Assembly: GCA_918797485.1 (NCBI GenBank)
Contig: CAKKNE010000006.1
Span: 1,178,001 to 1,242,000 of the forward strand
Direction of reading: 5' to 3'
DNA length: 64,000 nucleotides
Source of the DNA: Pelagomonas calceolata
Taxonomy: Eukaryota
A program made the translations under genes and the position numbers. Shown here in pieces: positions 18,401 to 28,691 of this stretch; position 1 is the first letter of the stretch, and each line of letters begins with the position of its first letter. Under the pieces are notes generated by a model. That model saw only the letters and a list, made by a program, of their open reading frames with translations, was not told the origin of the DNA and ran no database searches.

Positions 18401-20698
18401 TTACTCCGCCTTCAGCACGAGCACGCGCACGCCCGACAAGTCCTGGACGTCCGCGACGGCCCTCAATATGCGCTTGATCGCGTCCTTGTTCGCCGGGTTC
18501 GCCTTGAGCCGCGCCTTGAACCGGACCAGCAGGTCCTTCGTCTTCATGCGCCCGCCCGCCGCTTGCAAGGCGCCGCGCACTTCCGCCTCGGTAAGTTCCG
18601 CCCCGTCGTCCGACGTGTCGGTGCGGAGCCGGTGGGGCGGCGCTCCATATGTTGCGTCTGCCACTGGGTCTACCACTGGGAACGCGGGCCGGAGCGTTGC
18701 GCTGTCGCCGCCCTCGCGGAGCGAGACCGCGGGCCGCACGTGGTCGAGAGCGACGCCGTCGGTTATAGACTCGAGGCCGACACCAACGAACTCTCCGTCC
18801 ACGTAGAAGCTCAGCCTTTGCCTCGGAAAGCGGCGGTCGACGACGACGCCAATACGCAGAGGGGACTCACGCAATTTTTCGGCAAGACTATCCTCATCCA
18901 AAGCCCGACGCGGCAAGAAGGGCCCGAGGGACCGCGGCTCCACGTTCGTGCCGTAGAAGAAACCTCCGTACAGGTCTAATGCGAACGATATCCCAGCGGA
19001 GCCGTCGCACGGCTCGCAACCTAGCCAGAACGGCGATGGATTTCTCCTCCTCTCACCTAGAGCGACGCCGACGGCGGCAACGCCGACAACAGACGAGACC
19101 TCAATTTCGAACGCACACAGTGGACCCTCCAGCAAGTGTTCCGCGCATAGGGTGAGATCGCCGGCGCTGTTGCCCACCTTCTGCACCGCCGCAAAGCGGT
19201 CGGGACGCGGTCGTGTCGCGCGGAAGCTCGTTGCTCCCGGACCAGCGTTCTCAGTCGGAGCGTGCCGCGCGGCCCAGTGGAGATGCGCGCCATCCAGGGC
19301 GCGACAAGCTTGCCACGCGTCCGTGTAGTAGCCGGCCCGCAGCGCGGCCGCGCCGTCGGCGCCGTGGTCACGCGCCAGCATCGTGGTGAACAAGCGATTT
19401 GCGTCTCCTTTGATCGTGGAGTAGCCCAGTCGCCCTGTCGTCGCGAGCGCATCGATATCGCGACATTGGAGCCATGCCGCAGCCAAGTCGAGAACCGGCG
19501 CGCCGGCGCGCCAGGGCAGCGGCTCGAGACTCCGGCGCGCCGGCGTGGGGACAGTGATTTTGGCACCGCGCGTCCGCGGCGCTGGACCTAGCACCGACGC
19601 AACGACAGCGCGGCTCGCCGCGCGCTCGCCCTCGGTCACGGCGAGGGGCCGCGCGCAGGCCGCGTCAGCGTCAGCCTTGGGCCTCCGGGCGGCAACGCGT
19701 GCGGCCTGGTCGAACGGCGCGCCGCCGAGGCGCACGCGGACCTTGCTGTAGCTAGGAAATCTATTCTGGCTCGCCGCCGCGGCCGGGACGCCGCTTCGCC
19801 GGCACAGGTCAGCAAACGCTGCCCAGCGCGCCGCGCCCGGCGGCGGCCGACGCATCCTGGCGCAGGTCGCGAGTTCGCACGGGTTCATTAACTCCTGGTC
19901 ACGCTCGTACAGCTCACGCTCGTACAGCACGCGGTACTTGCCTTCGTGCGGCCCGTCGGCCACGCGGCCCTCGTGCCACGTCTCCTCCTCCTCGTCCTCC
20001 CCGACAACCTCGACCCAGGAGACGAGGCACCGCGGGTCGAGGTGCTCCGTGCAGTGAACGACCCTTTGTCTATGACGTGTCCGCCACCAGTGCCACTCAA
20101 CGAGTCCCGCCCGTAACGCGCAGGGAAAATGGAAAGACCTTCTAGAGCATGAGTGGCAGCCGACAGTCGCGCCCTTGAGCCCGCAGAGCGCGCAGGTCAG
20201 CCGCTTGCCCCGCCGCAGCTCGCTGCGCAGGCTCTCGACGTCGACGACGCCCGGGTTCTCCAGCACGACGCGAATTCTCGGGTTGTCGCCGAGCAGGTCG
20301 ATGTCCACTTGGGCGCCAGACGAGTAGAGCGCGCACATCTCGTGCGCGACCAGGTCCGGCGCGAACGATACCAAGTACCCAGGGTTATTGACGGGAGAAA
20401 GAGGGCAGAATCCGCGGATGGAGGAATCACCCCCGCAAAAGCAGCACTTGAACCCGGGAGGCGCCGCTCCATATATGTGTCGAGTGGCCATCGCCTCGAG
20501 GGCCTTCGCCGCCTTCGCTAACCGTTTTTCTACTTTTCGTTCGTAGTCCTGCGCGTCCTTCGCGCTGTCGTAGCATTTGGCTTCGATCTGGCGCGCGGCA
20601 TCAATCATATTCTGGCCGGCCTGCATCGCCGTGAGGCACCAGGCGATTTCATGGGTCATGGCTTCTCTAGCTTGCGCGTCGACGCCCTTGGGGGGCAT
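18401..20698 (-). CDS. Multidomain nuclear protein: KIX-like, extended PHD (zf-HC5HC2H), Tudor-like, F-box-like, SPRY-like and winged-helix-like C-terminus
   Basis: CCFC...HEMCALYS...CALCGLKGATVGC..C.RRSFHFPCA (ePHD); WHEGRV...YRVLY; IGVVVD....LSFYVDG..G...PAVSL (SPRY). Confidence 0.65.
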   Translation of the reverse strand: MPPKGVDAQAREAMTHEIAWCLTAMQAGQNMIDAARQIEAKCYDSAKDAQDYERKVEKRLAKAAKALEAMATRHIYGAAPPGFKCCFCGGDSSIRGFCPLSPVNNPGYLVSFAPDLVAHEMCALYSSGAQVDIDLLGDNPRIRVVLENPGVVDVESLRSELRRGKRLTCALCGLKGATVGCHSCSRRSFHFPCALRAGLVEWHWWRTRHRQRVVHCTEHLDPRCLVSWVEVVGEDEEEETWHEGRVADGPHEGKYRVLYERELYERDQELMNPCELATCARMRRPPPGAARWAAFADLCRRSGVPAAAASQNRFPSYSKVRVRLGGAPFDQAARVAARRPKADADAACARPLAVTEGERAASRAVVASVLGPAPRTRGAKITVPTPARRSLEPLPWRAGAPVLDLAAAWLQCRDIDALATTGRLGYSTIKGDANRLFTTMLARDHGADGAAALRAGYYTDAWQACRALDGAHLHWAARHAPTENAGPGATSFRATRPRPDRFAAVQKVGNSAGDLTLCAEHLLEGPLCAFEIEVSSVVGVAAVGVALGERRRNPSPFWLGCEPCDGSAGISFALDLYGGFFYGTNVEPRSLGPFLPRRALDEDSLAEKLRESPLRIGVVVDRRFPRQRLSFYVDGEFVGVGLESITDGVALDHVRPAVSLREGGDSATLRPAFPVVDPVADATYGAPPHRLRTDTSDDGAELTEAEVRGALQAAGGRMKTKDLLVRFKARLKANPANKDAIKRILRAVADVQDLSGVRVLVLKAE

Positions 20699-20890
20699 GG
20701 CTTCGATGCTGCGGCGGCGTGATGCTATAGGTGTGGTATGTGCAGAGGGCAGCTAATCCCTCCGCACCAGGGCAGCCTTTTGGCACGGATTCTTATGAGC
20801 GGTGAAAAAGGGTGTACTGCAGCCGCGCTGACCAGCGTTTGGGTGCTCTGGCGGCCCACCAGAGCCCAAAAAGAACGGAGAGCTTGCTTG

Positions 20891-20911
20891 CTAGTGTCTT
20901 ACAGACGCTAG
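20891..20911 (-). promoter_or_regulatory. Recurrent promoter motif copy
   Basis: CTAGTGTCTTACAGACGCTAG in a divergent gap. Confidence 0.7.
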
Positions 20912-21107
20912 TAATCACAAAACCTTGGCCGCAACCCAGCCTGCAGTGGCCCTCAGGCGACTTTGTGGACGCGACGCTCTCACCTCGCAGCAGTCCTTGG
21001 TCCACCGGCCAGGATTTCCAGCTCTACGCGCTGCCGGGCCCGATATCCAGCACCTTGCATTGCAGCCTTGCCAGAGCATCTAGTCCAGCCGGCGCTGCCA
21101 GGCATAA

Positions 21108-23346
21108 ATGCGGCGCCTCCTCTGGCTCGCGGCCACGAGCGCGGCGCTCGTCGGCAGGGGCTCGTTGAAACCGAGGCGCTCCATCCAAAGACGCGTCTTC
21201 GGCCGCCAGGGCATTGACCTGAGACCATTAAGACCGCTCGTCGACGTCGTCGAGGAAGAATACATCACGGCAGATAGCAAACTGACCAAAGATAGATCGG
21301 TAGTTATTGTGACCACCGCATCGCTGCCGTGGATGACGGGCACGGCCGTGAACCCCGCGCTGCGCGCCGCGTACATGGTCGGAGGTGGGTACGAAGACGT
21401 CACTCTGTTACTGCCGTGGCTCGAGGACGACAACGATCAACGAACACTCTTCAATGGCCGGGTCTTCGCCAACAAATCCGAGCAGGAGTTATTTGTGCGA
21501 GACTGGATTAAAAAAAATGCCCCCGACGCCGACGCTTCTACCTTAAAGCTAGGCTGGTATCCTTCGAGGTACGCCACGGGTTTAGGTAGCATCCTCAACC
21601 TGGACGACATCACGAGTCATATACCTTCCGATAAAAATGATATTGTTATATTAGAGGAGCCGGAGCATTTGAACTGGTACCGCAACGGCCCGCGCTGGAC
21701 GTCGCGCTTCCGCCACGTCTGCGGCATCGCCCACACGAATTATGAAGCGTACGCCATCGCCGACAACGAGGACAAGGACGGCGCGCCCGAAGAGTATTTT
21801 AACGTCAGGGCCAGTGAGGAACTTCAAGCGCCCTTCAATCTGGGGTCTCTCGCGGTCGGAGTGAGGTGTTTCTGTCTATATACGGTCGCGTGTATCTCTC
21901 GGAGGTCGTGTCCGAGTTTGAGCCGAAAACATGAGTCTCGAGACTCACTGGTTGCTTTCCACACAGGTCAAGGCGGAGCGGTTCTTCACGGAGACGGTGA
22001 CGCGGGCCCACTGCGACGTGGTGGTGCAGTTGTCACGCACATTGAGGCCGTTGCCGCATTCGCGCGTCGAGAACGTGCACGGGGTCCGGAAATGCTTCCT
22101 CGACGTCGGAGCGTCTGGCGGCCCGCCCGCGTACCAGCCGAAGCCGGGCAACGCGCGCTGCTACTTCGTCGGCAAGGCCATGTGGGCCAAAGGGTATACT
22201 CAGTTGTTAGTTCTGTTGCAGGATTCGACAGATGTCGAGATTGATTGCTATGGTGGGGGTCCGGAACTGGCAGATATCCAGAACAAATCAAGAGTCCTAC
22301 AAACCTCCTTAAATTTCAAGGGCCCGGCGGACCATGCTGACTCCAGTATATTCGGGGCTTATGACGTTTTTGTCAATCCCTCTATCTCGGAGGTGTTGTG
22401 TACGGCCACCGCCGAAGCGTTGGCCATGGGCAAACGCGTCGTCATCGCCGAGCACCCGTCGAACGAGTTCTTCTACCAGTTTGATACCTGTTACAAGGTG
22501 CCGCCTGGGGATTCGGAAGCCTTTTCGCGGCAGTTGCAACACGCGCTCGATGCCGCGGCACAAGATAGAGTCAGGTACAAGCCCTGGGCCTCTTCCCAGC
22601 TCCCCGATTCGTTGAAACCATTAACGTGGGCCGCGGCTACGGACCGATTGGTGCAAGCGTCGGCACTAGACGCTCGAGCCCCACCTGCAAGACTGGCACT
22701 CGCGTCCCTCGTGATGCACTCGTACCACTGGGGCATGACGGCCTCGCCACTCGCATTGGATTTATTTCTGACGATGAGCGGTGCCGGCCCGCACACGCCC
22801 TGGAGCGAGTGGCGGGAACGGAGCATCGGTCTCTCGTCGCTAAAAAGAGGGGACGAGTCCGACTCGAAATTCCAGGAAATCCTGCGACGTAATTTAGCGA
22901 CCACCTCCAAGGCCCTGAAGAACGCGAATCGCCTCTCAAAGGTCATCCAGGAGCGACTAAGGAAGAGGGACGGGGCCGCGCGGGTCGCGCGGCACATGGG
23001 GCCCACCGTGTCCGGGCGGCCTCGACGACGTAGGAAGCTGCGGGAAGCGCTGCCGGGCCCCGGCGTGCCCGACGCGGCGGAGGAGGAGGAGTCGCTGCTC
23101 GAGGAGTCGCTGTTCTTCGACAGCGAGGAGCCTTCTCCGAAGGAGTCGTGGCCGCGGACGCGGCGCTTCTGGCGGCGGCTGCGCGGCGACGTGCGGTATT
23201 TGTCCGCTTCTTGGTTGGAGCCGCGCCAGTTTAGGGAACGGGACCGGTCGCTGCCGCGACGCGTGGCGACGCGGGCGGCGCGGGCGACGCAGAGTCTGAG
23301 GCGGGAGCTGGCTCTCAATAGGACGGCGACGAAGTACTTCCTCTAG
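21108..23346 (+). CDS. DGD: Digalactosyldiacylglycerol synthase, join(21108..21803,21967..23346)
   Basis: VTTASLPWMTGTAVNPALRAAY, ILEEPEHLNWY, HTNY, NVHGV, GK..WAKGY, FVNPS.SEVLCTATAEALAMGK, HPSNEFF. Confidence 0.9.
21804..21966 (+). mobile_element. Introner-like GT-AG intron with 7/8 TSD
   Basis: GTCAGGGC (21804-21811) vs GTCAAGGC (21967-21974); 3' end CTCACTGGTTGCTTTCCACACAG. Removal gives YFNVKAERFF. Confidence 0.8.
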
Positions 23347-23506
23347 GCTGGTTCCCCGTTTAAAATTCGAATTATCAACTGCGCGAAAGGCGTCGTCCCA
23401 CAGCTCGCCGCCGCCGACGCGCAGGATCGCTGGTTTACCTCGCGTTCGCTAAAACTTCTCTATGCACATTTGTGGTGGTCGCATCGACGGCGTCGCAGCC
23501 GTATCG

Positions 23507-24130
23507 TCATCGCCGCAGCAGCGCGGCAAGCGCCCCGACCGCTGCGGCAATAACGACGACCGGCGCGCCGCCGCGGCACGCGCAGGCGCGCTTTGTATGA
23601 GCGCGCGCCGTCAGCCCGTAGGCCGCCGCGTCCCACGGATAACAATTCCACTCGTCCGGGACCTCTTCGCACGCGATGTAGGTGACGTCACTTGGCAATG
23701 AGGCTCTTTTCGCCTTGAGCTTGTTGTGGACGACGAGACACCCTACTTGTGAAGGCTTGTGCCTTTTCCGCAACTCGCTCACACACGCGGCTAACGTCGT
23801 CCGCGTGTCGTCGACTTCATCAACAATTAAAACCCTACCATTTTCCACCAGAGCCCCCGGGCCGTAGTCCGTCGAGAACCACTGTTTTATTTGAACGCCA
23901 TTCTCGTTGATCGTGTTCGTATTGTCGTCGTAGAGCTCTAAACCAACAGCGACGATGGGCACCTTCACCTCCGTCCGCAGCATGCGCGCCGGGATGAAGC
24001 CGCCGCCGCCGATCGCGACGATGACGTCGGGTTTAAACGCTTTAACGCGCGCTACGGACGAACTGACGGCGTCGTGGATGTCCTCGTACGAAAAATAGAC
24101 CTTGCCGTCGAGGGCGCGGCGTGTGGTCAT
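23507..24130 (-). CDS. Xanthine/hypoxanthine phosphoribosyltransferase (yeast XPT1/HPT1 type)
   Basis: YFSYEDIH, PDVIVAIGGGGFIPARMLR, PRPP loop VLIVDEVDDTRTTL, VHNK, W..YPWD. Start MTTRR at 24130. Confidence 0.85.
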   Translation of the reverse strand: MTTRRALDGKVYFSYEDIHDAVSSSVARVKAFKPDVIVAIGGGGFIPARMLRTEVKVPIVAVGLELYDDNTNTINENGVQIKQWFSTDYGPGALVENGRVLIVDEVDDTRTTLAACVSELRKRHKPSQVGCLVVHNKLKAKRASLPSDVTYIACEEVPDEWNCYPWDAAAYGLTARAHTKRACACRGGAPVVVIAAAVGALAALLRR

Positions 24131-24316
24131 TTTGCGTGTGTTTGATTGTGGCAGTGCAAAACTCGAGCTGTGCCTGGTTTTGAGCCAGGAGCGCTGTGGA
24201 CGTGCAAGCTGGTCTTGCAGACAAGTGAATGGATCGACGGCGTCAGCGACGCGGTGCAAGAGAGCTTTTCTGGATGCGTACGGCTTGGTTTTTAAGGCGA
24301 GCGCCAAAGTGTGGAC

Positions 24317-24338
24317 CTAGCGGAGTGTAAGACACTAG
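24317..24338 (+). promoter_or_regulatory. Recurrent promoter motif copy
   Basis: CTAGCGGAGTGTAAGACACTAG in a divergent gap. Confidence 0.7.
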
Positions 24339-24587
24339 AAACAAGCCAGCCGGAAAAATTCTGGCTTTACGCGTAATAGCGGAACCATCGGCACCAGGTG
24401 CACGCTAAGAGCTGCCTACGCTGTCGTACTGCAAGCAGTGGCTGTAGAAACTGCGCGCATTGGGTTCCAGAGCCTTGCCAGAGCTGCAGTGCTGCCAAAC
24501 ACTAATTGAGGGTCCCCACGTCCGCGCGGCGGGGCTACGCGAGCTCGACAGCTCAAAAAGACCAGCGCGGGACGCCACCACAAAACC

Positions 24588-25994
24588 ATGAAGTCCATGT
24601 TCAAGAGCAAGAAGAGCACTGATACAATAGAGACGCCGCCAAGCGCCAAAGCTTCAGTAGGATCGAGCGCTTGGAGAAGACGCGTCGGCGAGTCCGCCAG
24701 GAACAAGTTGGGCCTGTCGCGGCACGAGACCGACGAGGTGACGGGCGACGTGGCCGCCGGTGTGTCTTCTTATAGAGCCGCGGCTTCGAAACTAAAAGAG
24801 GCCGTCAAAGCCCTGGAGAGCGCCGAGGCGTCGGAGCGGAAAGCGGATGCCAGGCGGAAGGACGCCTTGCGGGCGCTCGGCGACGACGACGCGCTGATCG
24901 AGGCCTGTTTAAGTTCTGATGAGAGGACGGACCGCTTCGATCGGACCGAAGGCTGGGCGCTGGAACCTTTAAGATCTGTACGCCGCTACGAGGCTCTGGT
25001 CGACTCCACAATAGCGTCGCGCGAGTCTCTGTTACAAGATTATTTCGCACGCAAACGGAAGCTCGATTCAGGAAAAAAAGAAGACGAGCGCCAATTTAAA
25101 TTCGAGCAGGCGTGTCGAGCTGTCAAAGCCGCGACGGCGCGGCTGGAGCCGCTGCTCGAGGCGTTTGTGAGCGCGGCGGAGACGGCGTTGCGTGACGCGC
25201 TGCGCTGCGCGGCAGCTGCCAGAATAGTACAACTCGAGGACGCGGCTTCCAGATTGCGGCCGTGGGCGGCCTCCACCATCTCCGGGGAGAGTGAGAGCGC
25301 GGCCCGCGATTTATTGCGGGACGTTGCGGCGGCGCGGCGGGACGGGTCGGTCATTCGACCGGCGGCGCCGGCCTCGCCGGAGCTCGAGCGCCTCGCGGCC
25401 GTCGCGTCGCAGCAAGCCGAGGTGCCGGAAGCGGCGACGCCCCCGTCATTCACTCCGGACGTTGTCCCGGACGTCTCTGATCAGGAGGCGGCCGCACTGA
25501 GGGCGCTCCTGCGGCGCCTCGGCGCCGAGGACGCGCTGGCGCGGAAGGGCCTCTTCCGGATTCCGGGCGACGCTACAAATTGCGCCGCCGCGAGGGAGCG
25601 CCTGGCGGCGGGCGACGACATCGCTAGTTCTCTGGACGTCGACGACGCCGCGACTCTAGCAAAAGGCTGGTTCCGCGACCGGCCGGCCCTCCTACCTAGA
25701 TCTGTGAATGAAGCTTTGCGGGCCGCGGCCGAGGCGTGCGCTGATGATGAAGTTTTCGCCGGGCAGGCGCGGGAGCTGCTGGACGGCGTCCCCGTCGTCC
25801 GCGACTTACTGAGCTTGTTGAATGCCGTGGCGCGGCGCGAGGCCGACAACGCCATGACGCCCGAGAACTTGGCGATTTGCTGGGCGCCGAACGTCTTCGT
25901 GCTGGACCCGAATAGTGCTGCTTCGGTTGCCGATCTGCAACCGGCCATTCGATTAACAGCGCGGCTCGTCGGCGTCGGGGACCGGCTGGCCTAG
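24588..25994 (+). CDS. BAR-like domain plus RhoGAP-domain protein
   Basis: Helical N-terminal half (R..LL.DY...RKL); GLFRIPG, ATLAKGWFR, N.MTPENLAICWAPN. Confidence 0.75.
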   Translation: MKSMFKSKKSTDTIETPPSAKASVGSSAWRRRVGESARNKLGLSRHETDEVTGDVAAGVSSYRAAASKLKEAVKALESAEASERKADARRKDALRALGDDDALIEACLSSDERTDRFDRTEGWALEPLRSVRRYEALVDSTIASRESLLQDYFARKRKLDSGKKEDERQFKFEQACRAVKAATARLEPLLEAFVSAAETALRDALRCAAAARIVQLEDAASRLRPWAASTISGESESAARDLLRDVAAARRDGSVIRPAAPASPELERLAAVASQQAEVPEAATPPSFTPDVVPDVSDQEAAALRALLRRLGAEDALARKGLFRIPGDATNCAAARERLAAGDDIASSLDVDDAATLAKGWFRDRPALLPRSVNEALRAAAEACADDEVFAGQARELLDGVPVVRDLLSLLNAVARREADNAMTPENLAICWAPNVFVLDPNSAASVADLQPAIRLTARLVGVGDRLA

Positions 25995-26167
25995 TTAAGT
26001 ATGTGTGAACGTTGACCGTCGGTTTGTTGCTAGGGCGCGTCATCTTATGTTACGCTGAACTTACGGTGCTAGGACTAGTTGGCGGAGCTATATATGTATA
26101 CGGGCTCGAAGCGTGCGGATATCCGCCCCGGGGCGCGGCTTCCAAGGGCTCCGCTCGGAAATCCCGC

Positions 26168-26190
26168 GCTAGCGTCTTGTAAGACACTAG
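26168..26190 (+). promoter_or_regulatory. Recurrent promoter motif copy
   Basis: GCTAGCGTCTTGTAAGACACTAG ~150 bp upstream of ATG 26339. Confidence 0.7.
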
Positions 26191-26338
26191 CAAGCAGCCG
26201 ATTTTTGCGGTGGCTGTTCAGGCCAGCCCCGGCCTAATTTTGTGCAGCCCGCGTGCGTGCGAACGTGCGTACAAATCGTCACACGCCGGCGCGCCGCAGC
26301 GATGCCGCTCGCCCGTCGCACGAGTCGATAACTAAAGG

Positions 26339-28675
26339 ATGCCGCTCCTGCTACAGGCGCGCATCACCTCGGTGAGCTTCGAGGAGGCGAGATATAGGCA
26401 CTACCGCGCGCGCCAGCGGAGAGATGGTGCCCTGCAGAAGGCCGCGGCCCAGGTGCGAAAAAGGGCGCCGTCGCCGTTCGACGAGGACGCGGCCCAAGCG
26501 ACGCGGCGCCTCTTCGCGCGCACGGTGGCGCAAGTTGTCGAGATTCATGCGTTAGAGCGGACCTTCGACGCGTGGCGGAGCCTCGAGGCGCGGCCGAAGG
26601 CGCCTCCGAGCCTGCCCGCGCGGCCGGCGACGAACGGGGCTCCGGACGAGGCCAAGTACGACCCGCGCGCCCTGGATCTGGGCGCGCGCCTGGCGCAGCG
26701 CGTCTTAGATGATCAGAAGGCGCGGTCGCGGTTGCGCCAGTGGTCCTCCATCACGAAGCGGCCGGCGTCGCCCGCTCTCTCATCTCTGACCGAGGATTTC
26801 GTGGTCGTGGAGGACGCGCCGCCGCCGCCGCCGCCTCCCATCGAGTCGCCCGTCTCGCCCGCGCTGTCTGATCAACGAAGGGAGCTCGCTGACGTCATCG
26901 CCAAAAATTGCGGGCTCGTGGCGCTCTGCCGGTCGTTGTCGCGGCGGCGGCGGGCCGACGCCTTTAGGAGGTGGGCGTCGTGCCACCGGACGGAGCACAC
27001 GAATGGCCTCGAGAGCGCGCTCTTCGAGGCGCAGCGCACGCTGGACGCGCGGCGGACGCTCGTGGCTCTCGACGACGCCTGGCGGCGGCGGCGGCGGGAG
27101 CGGCTGCGGCGCGTGATCGGTACATGGCGGGCCCTGAGCGCCGCGGTCGACGTGGCGGCGGCGGAGGCGCTCCGCGACGAGCTCGATGATACGAGAGAGC
27201 AGCTCGGGAAGGTCACGCGGGAGCGCGACGCGGCGAAAGCGGACGCGGCGGCGGCGGCGACGCTCCGCGGCGAGCTCGCGAGTGTCACCGAGGAACGCGA
27301 CGCCGCGCGGGAGGAGCTCGCGACGGCGGCCACGCGGGTGGAGTCGCTCCGCGGCGACATCGATAGTTTGTCGGCGGAGCGCGACGCGGCGAACGCGGCG
27401 CTCGAGACCGGCACCGCAGCGGCGCAAGAGCTTCGCGGCGAGCTCGAGGCTATGACCGAGGAGCGCGACGCCGCGCGGCGCGAGCTCGAGGCCCGCTCCG
27501 GCGACGCCGACGAGCGGATCGCGCGCGCCCGCGAGGCGGCCGACGAGGCGCGGGCCGAGGCCGTGCGCCGCGCCGTCGCCGCGGCGGACGCGCGGGCCGA
27601 GGCCGCGCTGGACGAGCAGCGGCGGCGGCACGCCGACGAGCTCGAGGCGGCGCGCAGGCGCGCCGTCGAGGTCGCCGAGGTCGTCGAGGGCGACGCCGCC
27701 GAGGCCGAGAGCGCCGTCGCGGCCGCCCGGGCGGAGGCCGAACAGCTGCGCGGCGAGGTCGAGCGGTTACAAGCCGAGCTCGACGGCGCCCGCGCGGAGG
27801 GCCGCGAGACGTCGGCGACGGCGGCCGAGGCGGCTGAGGCGGTCGCCGAAAGGGCGCGCACGCTCGATCGGCGGCGGAGCCTGGCGGCGCTGGACGCGTC
27901 GTGGAGACGACGGCGGCGCGAGTCCGTGAGGAGCGGCTTCCTCAAGCTCGGGGACGCGGGCCGCGCCAACCAACAACTGCGCACGAAGTTAACGGCTCTC
28001 TCGGACGCGTGCGAGCGTCGTAGGCGAGATAGGATGAGGCGCGTGCTCGCGCGGCTGACGACGTCTGGAGCGGACGGTGCCTTGAAAGCCGCGCGGAACG
28101 CCTGGGCGCGGGGCAACGTGTCTAGAAGGCTCGAAGATGCGAAACGGAAGGCGTTTTACCGGATGCGCTGCTTGACGCTGGAAAAGGCCCTCTCATTTGA
28201 ACGGAGCCGGGCGGATACCGTGGCGGGCGACATATCGGCCGCGGAGTTTACGGCATTAGACGCTTCCGCGCGGCGCGAGCGGGCCGACGCCGCGGCCGCA
28301 TCATCGCAAGCCGCGGCCGCACGTGCCGACGCTGCTTTAGCTCGGGCCGTCGCCGACGCGGCCGAGGCGGCCGCGGCGTCGGGCGAGCAGGTCCAGAACG
28401 CCGCTCTCGCGGAGGAGCGCGCGTCGACGGAGCGGGCGCGCCTCGAGCAATTACTAGTGGACGCGAAGATGGAAATCGTGCACCTCAAAGCGGCGATGGA
28501 CGCGATACAACCCTCCGAGCGCGCCTCCCAATACTCGTCGGCGCCGCCCTCCGAGGCGTCGGAGCTCGGCGAGGCGCCTCCCACATTGCCGCCGCGGAGC
28601 CGCGTGGGCCGCCTGAAGTCCGCGGCGGCGTCGGCGCGGGCGTTCGCGTCGCGGCGGTCCGGGCGGGAGAAGTAA
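26339..28675 (+). CDS. Long coiled-coil protein with internal repeats
   Basis: 778-aa Ala/Arg/Glu-rich ORF; repeated LRGEL..VTEERDAA units and repeated L.ALD..WRRRRRE motifs. Confidence 0.65.
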   Translation: MPLLLQARITSVSFEEARYRHYRARQRRDGALQKAAAQVRKRAPSPFDEDAAQATRRLFARTVAQVVEIHALERTFDAWRSLEARPKAPPSLPARPATNGAPDEAKYDPRALDLGARLAQRVLDDQKARSRLRQWSSITKRPASPALSSLTEDFVVVEDAPPPPPPPIESPVSPALSDQRRELADVIAKNCGLVALCRSLSRRRRADAFRRWASCHRTEHTNGLESALFEAQRTLDARRTLVALDDAWRRRRRERLRRVIGTWRALSAAVDVAAAEALRDELDDTREQLGKVTRERDAAKADAAAAATLRGELASVTEERDAAREELATAATRVESLRGDIDSLSAERDAANAALETGTAAAQELRGELEAMTEERDAARRELEARSGDADERIARAREAADEARAEAVRRAVAAADARAEAALDEQRRRHADELEAARRRAVEVAEVVEGDAAEAESAVAAARAEAEQLRGEVERLQAELDGARAEGRETSATAAEAAEAVAERARTLDRRRSLAALDASWRRRRRESVRSGFLKLGDAGRANQQLRTKLTALSDACERRRRDRMRRVLARLTTSGADGALKAARNAWARGNVSRRLEDAKRKAFYRMRCLTLEKALSFERSRADTVAGDISAAEFTALDASARRERADAAAASSQAAAARADAALARAVADAAEAAAASGEQVQNAALAEERASTERARLEQLLVDAKMEIVHLKAAMDAIQPSERASQYSSAPPSEASELGEAPPTLPPRSRVGRLKSAAASARAFASRRSGREK

Positions 28676-28691
28676 AGTAGTTTATGGAATC

